Assembly (NCBI GenBank): GCA_002633005.1
Contig: NMRA01000226.1
Span: 251,728 to 315,727 of the forward strand
From: Phoronis australis
Taxonomy: Eukaryota; Animalia; Phoronida
Length of the DNA: 64,000 nucleotides
Reading direction: 5' to 3'
Shown: positions 39,001 to 50,253 of the stretch, in pieces
Layout: every line of letters starts with the position of its first letter
Position numbering within the stretch: the first letter of the stretch is position 1
Position numbers and translations under genes: made by a program
Notes under the pieces: generated by a model
What the model was told of the DNA's origin: nothing
What the model saw: the letters and a program-made list of their open reading frames with translations, nothing else
Database searches by the model: none

Positions 39001-42000
39001 TTCGTGACATTGAGTTTTGCTTCAATGAATTTTTTTATCAACAGATTAACACTTTCATCGGTAGGCCGACTGTACATAACCAAGCATTTATAAGTGCTTG
39101 GTTATGTACCCGCAAACACTGGGTTCCGTTTAAAAACTGAACCCAGTGTGTCTGTGTAATATTCTGATAACTTCCCGAAAAAATATAGATGATGGTCAGT
39201 CAAAAGTTAAAAGACGAAGCACTTAACAGCTGACTGGCAAACCGTACTAAATGCATGACAAAGCAAGATCGCGCGAAATCGCGTGAGTGAAGTATTTCAC
39301 GAGTATACTGGGGAGCGTACTAGCGAACCTAAGCAAACTGGCGGACAGTGAAGAGATTGGACGGTGAGTGTGCAATTTCGATCATGGAATATAATTCACT
39401 GTTTCCTGTCCATAAGAGAAGTCCTCTTGCTTAAAGGGATTCGCGAGTGTGTTGAGTCTACAGAACGCCGACCCGCAGTTCTCCCAAACCAGAGGTGTTA
39501 CGCTGTGTCGCACAATGCAACCACCAAATCTAACCAATCAAAGTGGCTGTTCATTTTGTTTTGATTTTATTTCCTGTTTCTAACATCATTGCTGAAGTTA
39601 AAGGCAAATTGTTGTGCAACGAAGCTGTGACTGAAAATCTACTGATGTATCGGTCATTATCAACTTAAAAGCTGAAAAGGGGAGTGAAAAGTGAGGTGCA
39701 CGATTTGATGAGACTGGTTGATGTCTTCGAAACTCGCTCAGTGCGTCATGACAGCTTCCGATTTAAGAAACTGCTACTTTTATCAATTTCACTTTCATGA
39801 AAGTCTATTGAAAATTTTTAAGATAAGTGATTAAAATATGCCAAATTGACCGATAGGCCTCATAAGGCAACATCACTAAATTTCAACCGGAGGTAGGCCT
39901 GCTTGCAGAACGGTTTAGTTTTCTTCCTCAGAAGGCATATGTGAGAAATTACTTTTGTCACTCTCCCAAACTCCAACTCCTAGTTTCACCAATGATTGTC
40001 AGTCAAGTGACAATCTGGCGAAATATGTAGAAGCATCAGTTTATAGTGACGTTTTTTACTCCCGCCGAGAACACCACATTACCATATAGGCACACAACTT
40101 CGTAGGTACTTAGTGGAAGTTTTGGATGAATGAACTATTGGCGTGCGAACGAGCCACGCCCTATTTGGCGAAAAGGTCCGCCTCAGAGAAACAAAAACTT
40201 TGAAAAAAGTAAAAACGAGACAAAAGTCACCAAAAAGACAGGGACTACCAAAATTCGGCGAATGCACAACGCGTAGCTCTGAACGCACCCCCTGAATCTT
40301 AGTAAAAGGTCCACATTCTAAAAAATTCGAGCCCCCATTTTTAGGCTGGATGCGCGCATGGATTGACAAAGGCGTTTTTATGTTTGTCATTATAGTTATG
40401 TCCAAGCCCCAGGTCTCTAATAGACATCAATTTCCAATAGAGAATAGAGGACTCCTGTCTGGAGCTCGTCTGAAATCAGTAAAATCCCAGGTTTCTATAA
40501 AAAGATTTACGATTCTTGGCTTTCATTTCGCTTCAGTGCGTCACTGTTTACGTGTACGGTGGCCCGAAGATGACATGGCGCGTTTTTTTATTGTTTTTTA
40601 ATTACTTCAGGATGTCGAGATCCCGATTGAATTATATTAGGATCTCAAGATTTCGACTTAATTATCTCGACTTTTAAAGTTATCTCGAGATCCTGAGGTA
40701 ATTAAAAAAGAAACGCGCGATGTCATCTTTGGGCCATGGTTCACGTGGCCTATATTTTTCAGATTAGAGGTATGAAATTTGAGAACTACACGATAAAGTT
40801 ACCGGAACATGTGCATGTCAATTACAAGCGCCACCAGGAAGGCATTAGCAGGGAGGGTTAAGTGGCTAAATAACGATTTTAATTTTTGTGTTTTTCCAAA
40901 AGTAAACAGTGCTTCTGCACTGAGAAAAATAAACATGCCATTGATTCAGAAAAGAAGAGCACTATTCACTGAATGTGGCCAATTTCTTTGGCTTACATCG
41001 AAGACTTAATTTTCATTTGAAAATCATGACTGCAAAGTTCACTCCAGGAAATTTCAACAAGCATATCCGAAATTTGACATTTCAATTTAGACGCTCTTAC
41101 CGTCAGGCACAGCGCCACCTATACTGAAAAGTGGCCCTGCGGAAACATGATGAATGTCGTGTGTGGGCATCAATGCGCATGCCTTTTCTGGAAGTACATG
41201 TATACCGATCACATCGCCACCACTTGCACACGTCGTTATGCACTGTATTACTTGGGCTTTAGCCCTTGGATCGGGGTTTTCTTGACTTTGTTTACTTCGA
41301 TCACTGGCCTTTTTAATAAATTGCAATTATTCAAGTCATAGATGGTCACCATAATAAGTAACAGTAAACTGAAAGGGATTTCCCAGATTTCAATCAATGT
41401 GAATGACTGAATGTCATACTTTAACCAATGAGAAGCCATGTTAAAAAACATTTCACAGTGCTACCTTTTGTAGCGCTGTGAAAGACAGTATTGACGCTCT
41501 CATCTAGTTAACGAAGGTTTATTTCTAGTGGGCCACATCGCCCCCTGTGGCCTGTATACGGAGAATATCGCTATTTACCGCCTCAGAGATGGCTGCACTC
41601 CCTAGAGGTAAGTTCATTCAGAAAAGGAAATTTGGAAGAGAGGTGAAGTGTGCTGATTTGTGGGGATTATTCATTTTTTCTGCACGGGTTTATAGGGTAT
41701 ATTAATTTAGGTGATTTGTCGGGCAAAATGTGATAGTATGACGAAAAACAGACAACTGGGAAGACGAAAGAGACCAAAGTTTGTGACCACTGAGGGACAG
41801 CAATGTGGAGCTCGAGAAGTTTTCTTGTGTTGCGAATTTGCTTGTCGGCCTATTGTCAAGCATCCATTTCTATCCCTAGTCTGCCCGTAAATGTCTCGAT
41901 GGCGTTGATTTCAAAAGTCTTGCGGACGCAAAGCGTTTCCTTGTCGTTTTGCACTGTGGGTTCCTTTATGACCCCGGGGCTTGACTCGATCCGTAACGCG

Positions 42001-43736
42001 CCCTACATGAGTTTAATATTACCACTGAACGATTTTAATCTAACTGTTTCAGCATGGTGCAATAGTGATGCTCTATCATCCATGTGCTGATGAGAATGAA
42101 GTCCAACATCTGCGACACCTGGTGACCAGCTGCTTGTGGCGACACGTGATCACACCATCAAGAAGATTGTCGCTAGATAAGGTACAAGTGGCAAGGGACA
42201 ACTTCTTACACTCTGTTAAAGATAAAGGATTTTCAATGTTTTTGTTTGTGTAATTGGATTTTCCGCGTCATTAAGATGGTGATTTTCCGAACTAACGGTT
42301 TTGAAAACAACACAGCCACCTCAGTTCATGTCATGGCAGGTAATCTCCCAGGTCGGAGTGACCCAACTGCCGACAAAAAATTCCGGCAAAAATGAGACTG
42401 GCTAAGCCAGTGGGTATCTGGAAGGGTGAACCAAATACGACTTTTGGCGATCATAGCTCGGCAATATACACATTGTAGGTTAACACTGACTGTACAGGTA
42501 TTGAATGAGGGTAGGCTGGAGTAAAATTCTTTCAATTGACTGACTTCGGTTAAGTCACAAAATGACGTACATGTATGACAGGCGTATCCACATTTGCAAA
42601 AATTATACTACTCAAAAATTCTTTAGGCCAAATAGCCTTACCCTATACTGCCGCCTGCGTAATGGGCCTCATGTGCAAAAGTGGTGGGCCACTGGAAACT
42701 AGGCTTTCATGCATAGGACTACTCACTTCACAGCTCCGTTTTGTAGGAAGTGTACGTAGGTTTAGGAATCTGAACACCATGATGAAAAATTTTCTGGCTT
42801 GTAAGACCTTCGACGTAGGCATACTGGTTTTGCAAAGCTGTAGACTCAAGACAAGGTTGGTGACAAAATGGCGATTTTGGTCTCAGTCTTTCTGCAACAT
42901 TAATCCCACACATGGTCGATTCAAATACACGTGTGTGTGTATGTTACGTGTGAACGAGGGTACTTCGGCTCAATGACTTCTGGCAGACTAAGGCAAAACG
43001 AGACTGAATGAGATCCGATACCGTGAAGGCACCACGTGAAGCCCTTTGGTTCTAGATTCTGGCTTACCTTCTTGACAGCGTGACACATGCGCAAATGAGT
43101 TCATTTTATTTCATTGCAGCCCCTTGCACTGGTCTCCTACGGTTGCAGACTGGAACTAAGCCATTACGACCATAGAGAGGCGCAGAGATTCATCGTGGTA
43201 AGTGGTTTTACAAATATGTGAGCGGTTGTGGAAAAAAACCCACAAACTTGATGTGACGAGTAAATAAACCACTGGCACTTCCTGTTTCGACTCTCATACT
43301 GGATATCATGGGCACACCTCATGTAGAGGCTCAGATATTAGTTTTCCGCCTCAGTACGAGACACGAGTAAAAAATAAAACACCTTCTCTCTTAATTTGAA
43401 ACAGACTCAGATAAGAAAGTCCCGGAAGATAAGATGTCGTTGGAGATTGCCGTCTTGTGTTTTGCGAATGAATAGAAGCCACGTTCTATAAACTGATAAT
43501 TTAATCCCAACATTAGGACTGCCTGCTTACAACGTCATATAATGAATAAATTAGGAGCCTATGGTTGTACATGTATTCTGTTCGTTTGGTTTTAGAATCA
43601 CGCTAAGAAGGGTGGAGAGCAGGTGTCACAGGATGGTCAATATAAATTCGGATTGCTACACCATGCTGCCATAGTGTGTGGACAAGACGACAGAAATCTT
43701 TGTCTCTTAAGCCGTAATGTCGAGTGTTATACTTAA
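30061..43736 (+). CDS. TP53I13-like / DUF3105-domain secreted protein, copy 1 (8 exons, 234 aa)
   Basis: Exons 30061-30168, 34198-34275, 34851-34886, 38108-38163, 41529-41607, 42053-42181, 43120-43197 and 43596-43736 are all GT-AG and in frame. The protein has a hydrophobic signal peptide ([16 protein letters not shown]) and the motifs [38 protein letters not shown] and PLALVSYGC, typical of TP53I13/DUF3105. AATAAA at 43736-43741 overlaps the stop. Confidence 0.9.
30288..31614. repeat. Near-identical tandem duplication bounded by single Ns (likely haplotype or assembly artefact)
   Basis: 30288-31013 is repeated from 31015, with N at 31014 and 31543 exactly at the junctions. Confidence 0.75.
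31770..32870. repeat. Long imperfect inverted repeat enclosing a SINE; probable old TIR element
   Basis: 31770-31890 (ACGACCGAGACTTCGCTC...ACCGAAATCGTTATATC...GTGAGCTCT...AGTTGTGCGCTCGTA) is the reverse complement of 32645-32770. The right arm carries ~60-bp tandem subrepeats. Confidence 0.6.
32212..32437 (+). mobile_element. tRNA-derived SINE, same family
   Basis: Alignable by eye to 855-1098 over its length; flanked by a TTTACTCTTAACAAT direct repeat. Confidence 0.8.
32791..33720. repeat. Near-identical ~465-bp tandem duplication with N at the junction (likely assembly artefact)
   Basis: 32791-33254 is repeated at 33256-33720; N at 33255. Confidence 0.75.
33475..33716. mobile_element. CATG-ended MITE (5-bp TSD family); near-identical twin at 33010-33251
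   Basis: TATGCGCGCACCCAG...GGGTACGCCCATG flanked by GAGAT on both sides. Confidence 0.75.
35105..37977 (-). mobile_element. Internally deleted Academ-like DNA transposon in intron 3 of copy 1
   Basis: Termini (C/T)AGTCGGTGGGCCAGA...TCTGGCCCACCGACTA with a 3-bp TAC duplication (35102-35104, 37978-37980). Further inverted matches: TGTGAGTACTTT.GGGGGCAA and AAAAAGTTCCCAC. The minus-strand fragment 35843-36148 has a Cys-rich tail (CKCKKNMC...[19 protein letters not shown]) like that of AcademX proteins. It is absent from the short intron 3 of copy 2 and contains an N gap at 36180. Confidence 0.75.
40141..40360. mobile_element. CATG-ended MITE family member, opposite orientation
   Basis: Ends ...AATTCGAGCCCCCATTTTTAGGCTGGATGCGCGCATG; internal similarity to the 21741, 33475 and 46076 copies. 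Confidence 0.6.
40557..40740. mobile_element. Palindromic MITE
   Basis: TGGCCCGAAGATGACATGGCGCGTTT...TTAATTACTTCAGGAT is mirrored by ATCCTGAGGTAATTAA...AAACGCGCGATGTCATCTTTGGGCCA; internal TCTCGAGAT-type repeats. Confidence 0.65.
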
Positions 43737-44974
43737 ATAAATCTAACGCTTTCGAGCGTGTTCACTTGTTTTGTACTTCTCAAACACATTCAAATATTAC
43801 GGAGCAATGCACACTCGTTTCCTGTAACACGAAATGCAAGGACAACGATAGGTTGCATGTACAAAGCAGTCACGTGGTATGAAATCCCCGATTTGTCATT
43901 ATCCTGTCAACCTCGCTTCCAAGGATATTCAAGTCGGCCGACCCCTTTGTCGACTCTAAACCCAATCTGGCGGGGATTAAACTTTATTTTTAAGTCACAA
44001 TTAGCACGAGTTTATTATCATGCTTTATAACTGTATTTTTCATGGGGATCGCTTTTCCAGTGGTACACCTACTTCTTAGTAGATAGTATATACGGTAACG
44101 TCATACGAGAACTGAAGAAACTTGGACTGAATGAGCGTCATCACACAACCAGATTTAAAGATAACGCTTTTGATATGCAACATTTAGAGTAAAGGTACTC
44201 GCTTACTTTTGTTTCGGTTAAGTTCACACGGTGAACATATCAATGGTAGAATGTTAATGAACAAAGAACGTGAGAGCGAAAAAGGCAGACCCAGGCTGAT
44301 ACATGTACGATAAATTGCTATATAATAAACGGGCCACAGATTTGTTGGAAGTCATTTTAGAAGAATACAGTCATTCTCAAACTGCATCAAAGTACTTATA
44401 ATGAGCCGCCTTTGAAATTTGGGGGTATAAAGCAAAAATATGCACCATTACCATAGTAATCCGGTATTTTACTAGCAAAAATCACCAATTCCAGGCCATG
44501 TTAGACGCAGGTGCTTGGCTGACAGTGGTTTTTGCCAAGTTGATTTGGGTATCGTTACCGTGGTAACCGATTTTAGGCTTGATGGCAGTCGTGTTAGAAG
44601 CTAACCAGGCCCCCCTTTTGTGCTGCCTCCTCTCGGCGTAGCTGGCAGTTACAAACAAGCAACCACGATCAAAACATTCTTAGTGGCGGTCTATAGAAAC
44701 TAGGTGAGTTGCCAAGTTTGAATTTGTACTGCCAGATATTTTAGAATTGCAACATCCGCACGTTACATGCCAACTAAGATGTTTTATCTTAACCCGTAGA
44801 TGAATGTTGACAATCCAAAATGGTCGCCAGGGCACACCATGTTCTCAAACGCGGAAAAAACCCATTTAATAACAGAAAGATTTACACAAATTAGTTTCTG
44901 TAAATATTCCTGGTATGTCAAGACTGTAAAACACTTTTGAAATTCCAAAAATGGTAGCCATAGCAACTACCTTA

Positions 44975-45289
44975 TAACCCGCGATTGAGCGCAAGTGCAC
45001 ATGTAATTGTGGAGCCGCGTCAAATTGCAGAACTTAGGCGCATGTGCCTATATGCGAAGAATTTGAGCAGAACAAAGAAAATCACTGACACCAATACGGT
45101 GTTTGAAATGAAATGGTTCAGTCGTGTATTTTTCTTAAAATCAAGATGCGCCTATAAACGGACGGAGACCAGTGTTCGCCTGACTGCCACGCGTAGGCGC
45201 ATTCCCCTATGCTGCACATTTCAATGTGCATATCTTGCGGAAATCTGCTCTCTTCCGCATATAGGCACTTGCGCTTATTTGCGAGATTA
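44975..45289. mobile_element. MITE with imperfect terminal inverted repeats
   Basis: TAACCCGCGATTGAGCGCAAGTGC at the left and GCACTTGCGCTTATTTGCGAGATTA at the right; internal AGGCGCAT repeats. Confidence 0.55.
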
Positions 45290-46075
45290 TACAAACAAAC
45301 CTGCCAGCTGCATAAAATTCTTGCAACAGAATTAAATAAAGCAAACGCAAAATTAGATAAAGCAAATTAAGGGTTTGCCGTAATTACTAGTAGCTTAATT
45401 TTGACAACCCAATACATTTGTCTTGTCATGACTAGGTACATGTATATTGCGGATTCACAACACGCGTTCACGGCAAGACCGGTGGCATTGCCATAGCGTG
45501 AGTAAAGTTTTAGTATGCCGAATACTTGGTTTGTACCGTAAGGGTGTCACAAAATAAATTTAGTTAATTTCAAGTTATTTGCTACAAAGCTGCCAGCCTG
45601 AATGAAAGATAGAAAAATGACAAACATAGCGATATAAGTGAAGAGTTACTCTTCTAATACTTTTGGCGGGTATATAAGACGCACCAAGTCAATGTCAAAG
45701 GGTTGGACATGTTGGGTTTTCCCAACTGAGATAGGCTTTCCTGCACGACCAATTATTCATTTGGCACAGAAGTTGCGTGTGAAAACAAAGATAAATATGG
45801 CAGTATCCGAAGCAGCAGACAACGCACAGAAGGTGGCACGTGCTTGCGCACTTGTTTACATCAAAATGGGTCACCTACGTTTACTTTTCAGTTAGAAATC
45901 GTAAGCATATATAATATTTTTTGATAAAGTTACGTAATACGACTGTAAGTGCAACCTATTTTATCTTTATTGGTATGTCAAGTTTTAGTTTTGATACATA
46001 CCAAGAGTAAGTTTGCATTGAATTCTTAAAGTTATTAAAAATAAACAGGTACCTTTTTATTTATTGTTCCTGATT

Positions 46076-46331
46076 CACCCAGCCTAAAATATAGGGGGGC
46101 TCGAATTTTTCGGTATACGGACCTTTACTGACAAAAGTCAACGAGGACTAAAAAAGGGCCACTAGGTTCAGGCCAACGAATTGTGCATACGCCCAGAATT
46201 CCTGTGGACTTTGTGGACATTGTCTCGTGTACTCAGACTTTTTGTTTCGCTGAGGCGGACCTTTTTGGCCAATTCGCCAAATTGGGAGGCTCGAACCCCC
46301 CCCGAGCCCCCCACCCCTGGGTGCGCCCATG
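46076..46331. mobile_element. CATG-ended MITE family member, left end eroded
   Basis: CACCCAGCCTAAAATATAGGGGGGCTCGAATTTTT...CCCTGGGTGCGCCCATG; collinear with 33475-33716. Confidence 0.7.
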
Positions 46332-46720
46332 TAATTGTAAGACTTAGTCCCGATTTATCCTCATTGAATTTAGGGCTCAATTTTCACTTACTCTGTACTA
46401 TTAAAAAACGTCATAAGTAAAAGAGGAGCTCACATAGAAATGGTGTGATAAACATATCAAATCAGTAGGTAAACAAAGGTAAGAACAATCCCTGCTGAGA
46501 CTGTTTCATACAACCGGTCATTGGTACATTCATTGAACCAGACACAAAGGGTATATCGCGTGTATACAGTATGTTGTGTCGGGAAGACAATTATCATGAC
46601 TTGAACCATTTATGTAACCTCTACAAAAATAGTGGAAATGCCTACAAATTACAACTGAAAAAACAAACGTAAATGCTTAGTCTGGATGTAAATAAGTGTG
46701 CAAGCACTTAATACGTGTAC

Positions 46721-46920
46721 TTACTCGAGGTCGTGGGTTCGAATCCCACCAGGTCACACTGCTAAACCCTTGAGCCATGTTTCTAGCTCCTCAGCTCGGT
46801 TTTAACAATATATTAATAAAGCATAAAATATTTCCAGGTGATCAGTGCAATGGGCCCACATGCGAGGCCTGCGCATGTCTGGTACAACGTGTATCAGACA
46901 GCCTGCAATTAGTTTTTATA
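46721..46920 (+). mobile_element. 5'-truncated tRNA-derived SINE, same family
   Basis: Starts at TTACTCGAGGTCGTGGGTTCGAATCCC (B box retained, A box missing). Perfect 12-bp TSD TAATACGTGTAC at 46709-46720 and 46921-46932. Confidence 0.85.
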
Positions 46921-48784
46921 TAATACGTGTACACGTACAGTAGGCCTTACGAACTATATCATTGTAGAGCATCTTCATTGCATTCTACGAGCCAACCATC
47001 AGTACATGTATATAATGGGATGCCCGCCCCAGAGAATCTATTTTACGGTCATGCGCGTTCATGTATAGGCGCATGTGCCTTTTTCCGGATATAGGTGTAG
47101 TTTTAAATACAGACGCATAGGCCTAAGTACGCCCATATACGGTAAAAATATCTCTGGAGTATAGGTCATGAATTTCGTTAGAAATGGTTACCGTAACATT
47201 TCAAAACATCAAAAACATTGCTTTCGCAGAAACTGCCATTCCTAAGTTAGAGGCTCAATTTTTTGGTACTTCCATGTTTCCACCTTTTTGCAAGGTTAAA
47301 TATCTATTCAATTCGTTTGCGCGCATCAATGGTGTCCAAAGTAGGAACCAAGTTTCAAGTTGGCGCATGTCAAACTATCCATCAATCTGTGAAAATGAAA
47401 TAAATGAGCCAAAAGTCGTCAGGTTTCTGAATATCGGCCCTTCGGACAATTGTCAGCTTTTGGGCAATCGTTCCTTCAGACTATCGACCATTCGGATAAA
47501 CTATCGAGTAGACTCTAAACTACAGTAATCCTTGCTTTTTGTGACCGTATAGTGGTACGCTGTCCTGTAGCCAGCACTGGTTGGGGTTTGGTTCGAATTT
47601 CTAAAACGGTCAATCTTTTGATGATATTTCGCACAAGTCGACACTGCAGGTTTTTCGATAGCCCCCTTGCGCAACTTAACTTAGCGGAAGGGAAATCTCT
47701 AGGAATATTGATGAATTATCAACCACGATGTATTCACGTATTTCGTGTCAAGATCGCATAATTTCCTTGCACGATTGAAAAGTTTATCCGCTGCTCATCA
47801 ACCTCACTCGGGGCTTCGGGCATGGCTGGGCCGAAATTAAACGTTGGCTACTCTATTCCTACCATGCAGTGTTCACCAAGACAGGGTGTCCCATCCAGTC
47901 TTCTCAGATTGGAAGGCGCCTTCTGATCGCCGTAGCCCTGCAATAAATATCACCGTGCCCCGATGTCTCTGGTTTGAGAATGAGCCGTTTTAGACGATGT
48001 ATCTCGGTATTTTACTTCATACCTGCACACCTGAAGAAAGGAGACTGTTCCGAAATTACGAGCATACCAGTATCAAGCTTGCAAACAAAATGTCGGGTGG
48101 TGTTTTTAACGCGGAAGTTTTTAAGCATCGACGAAGGACTACCTAGAAACGTTACATGTATTGAAGTTCAAAGAATGAAAACGCACACACGCGTAAACAC
48201 ATCCATGTCAATCCACCAATCAATAACCGAAGAGTTCACTTGATGATCAACATATTTGACGATCACTTTCAATTTGAATTTTTTTAAAACGTCTGCACTT
48301 TACTATGCAGACAACTATACCGAATTAACAGATAACAACCCATTCTCTACTGTTTTTTTAATTGATCGATTTTAAGACATTCACACAATACTTTTTGGGA
48401 GCTCTCTCGCTGCTATAAATGTATAGACATTTACACTTCTTCGCCCTAGTTACCCTAAGATGTACTCACCACGCGCTTTTAATGTGCTCTGTTAGTCGAT
48501 GGCTGAAACTGTCTATAATGCAAATCGTTCTCTAATCGACTGCGCGATCCTGTGATCTTCGCAAACACTGCATGTACTTGGCGAAGTTGACCTGGTACGG
48601 ACCGAAGTGATTATGTAAAGCACTTTGAATCAGAACCAAATTCGAAATTATTACTAACTTGGTCATTAGTGCAGTTAGTAAAGCCAGAAATAACGGCAAT
48701 AATTTTACTGTTATTGTTCATCTACATCCAATACGTAACGGAAATTACAGGGTTGGACCTTTTTTGTTTGGGGGGCTACGGGCC

Positions 48785-49140
48785 TGGTATACCGCGATCT
48801 CAAATAAATGCTTTGATCCTGGGAACATCCAATAAGTGTAGCTTATTTGGTTACACGTCGTCTGCCGTAGACGCCATTCCCTCAGCGAACTCCAAAATAT
48901 TACCCATACTGCTTTTCGTGACCAGTGGTGCCGCCCTCGATCGGGAATACCTAACGAACATTATTGCTTTTGTGTGCGTATAATGGTACACCACGATATC
49001 CAAGACTTTTGACCCTAGAAACATCCAATAAGTATAGCTTATTTGATAACACATCGTATGCCGTAGACGCTATTCCCATAGTGAGCTCCAAAATAGTACC
49101 CATACTGCATTTCGTGACAGGTCGTAGCGCCATCCTCGGC
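48785..49140. repeat. Diverged ~200-bp tandem duplication within the degenerate element upstream of copy 2
   Basis: AACATCCAATAAGT.TAGCTTATTTG...TGCCGTAGACGC.ATTCCC...CTCCAAAATA.TACCCATACTGC occurs twice, about 197 bp apart. Confidence 0.75.
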
Positions 49141-50253
49141 AATGATTTATGAAATGCTACGTTGTATCAACAATAAGGTTTATGGGCTGGCGTTATCTAT
49201 GATTGGGCTCACAGTCTTGATATCTTGGTTAAACCTCTTCGTGCAGCAGTTCGCTTACCTCCACAGTACCGTGTATTATGATAACGTCCTTGTGGCATGC
49301 TAGCACGGGACTTCCGTCATTTTGGCTTTGAGGGAACACCACAGCAGTAACTATGGTGGGCGTGGCCTCACTGCGTTTGTCGGAACTACCAATTGCAGAG
49401 AAAAGACAGAGTACGCCTAACATTTGTCCCTTTTTACATGTAGTGTTCATCCATCAGGGATCATTTTAGAAAAACGTGTCCATGGGTCAAATGACCCGCA
49501 GAGACTCAATTCTATTGGTCAATTTACAGAACCTGTGTATAATGTTATTTTTGCCTTTTCCGATTCGACTTTAAGCAACATCTTTCAAGTCTGGATATGT
49601 TTACTATCTCGCTACGTTTTGCGACTAGCTTTGGGGTTAACTGCAATTTAATTGAATTAGAATTCCGCATGCATTGAACATGTATTTTTACAGAGAGCAG
49701 GGCATATTGTCTCCAATAAATAATTTGTAGCGTTAGTGGCAACGTGGGTGCAACATACATCATTGTTACATCTAGGTGAAAACAATGATAGTGACTGAAG
49801 GTGAAGTTTGAATTCATCTGAGCCCTCCGCCCCGTAATAATTTTTAGATTCATTAATTAGAACCTGATGTGCTTGACCCCATATCACTAGTATTGAGTTT
49901 GTTAGTTGATCAGATATTGTCAAGAATGTGTTAGTATATGAATGCAATGCATATCATTCCCGTGTGTGTTCACCAGCATAATTTTGACGTGCCAGTTAGC
50001 CCGGGTTAAGCAATTACGATGCGTCCACGTAATGCACCAATGAAGCGGAGTGCACTCCTAAAATTACCCCTGATCCATGCGTTGACTTTACATAGCAAGT
50101 ACGTTCATCCAACGCATGGTTGCCCGTCAAATGCTGGTTACTTCAATCAACGATTTTGGATTATTGACTAACAGCAAAGACCCAAACGGCTGAAGTGCAT
50201 TACTTCATCCCGGAAGTTCATCGTGTATTCGTGTGCTGGTTTTTCAGTTAGTG

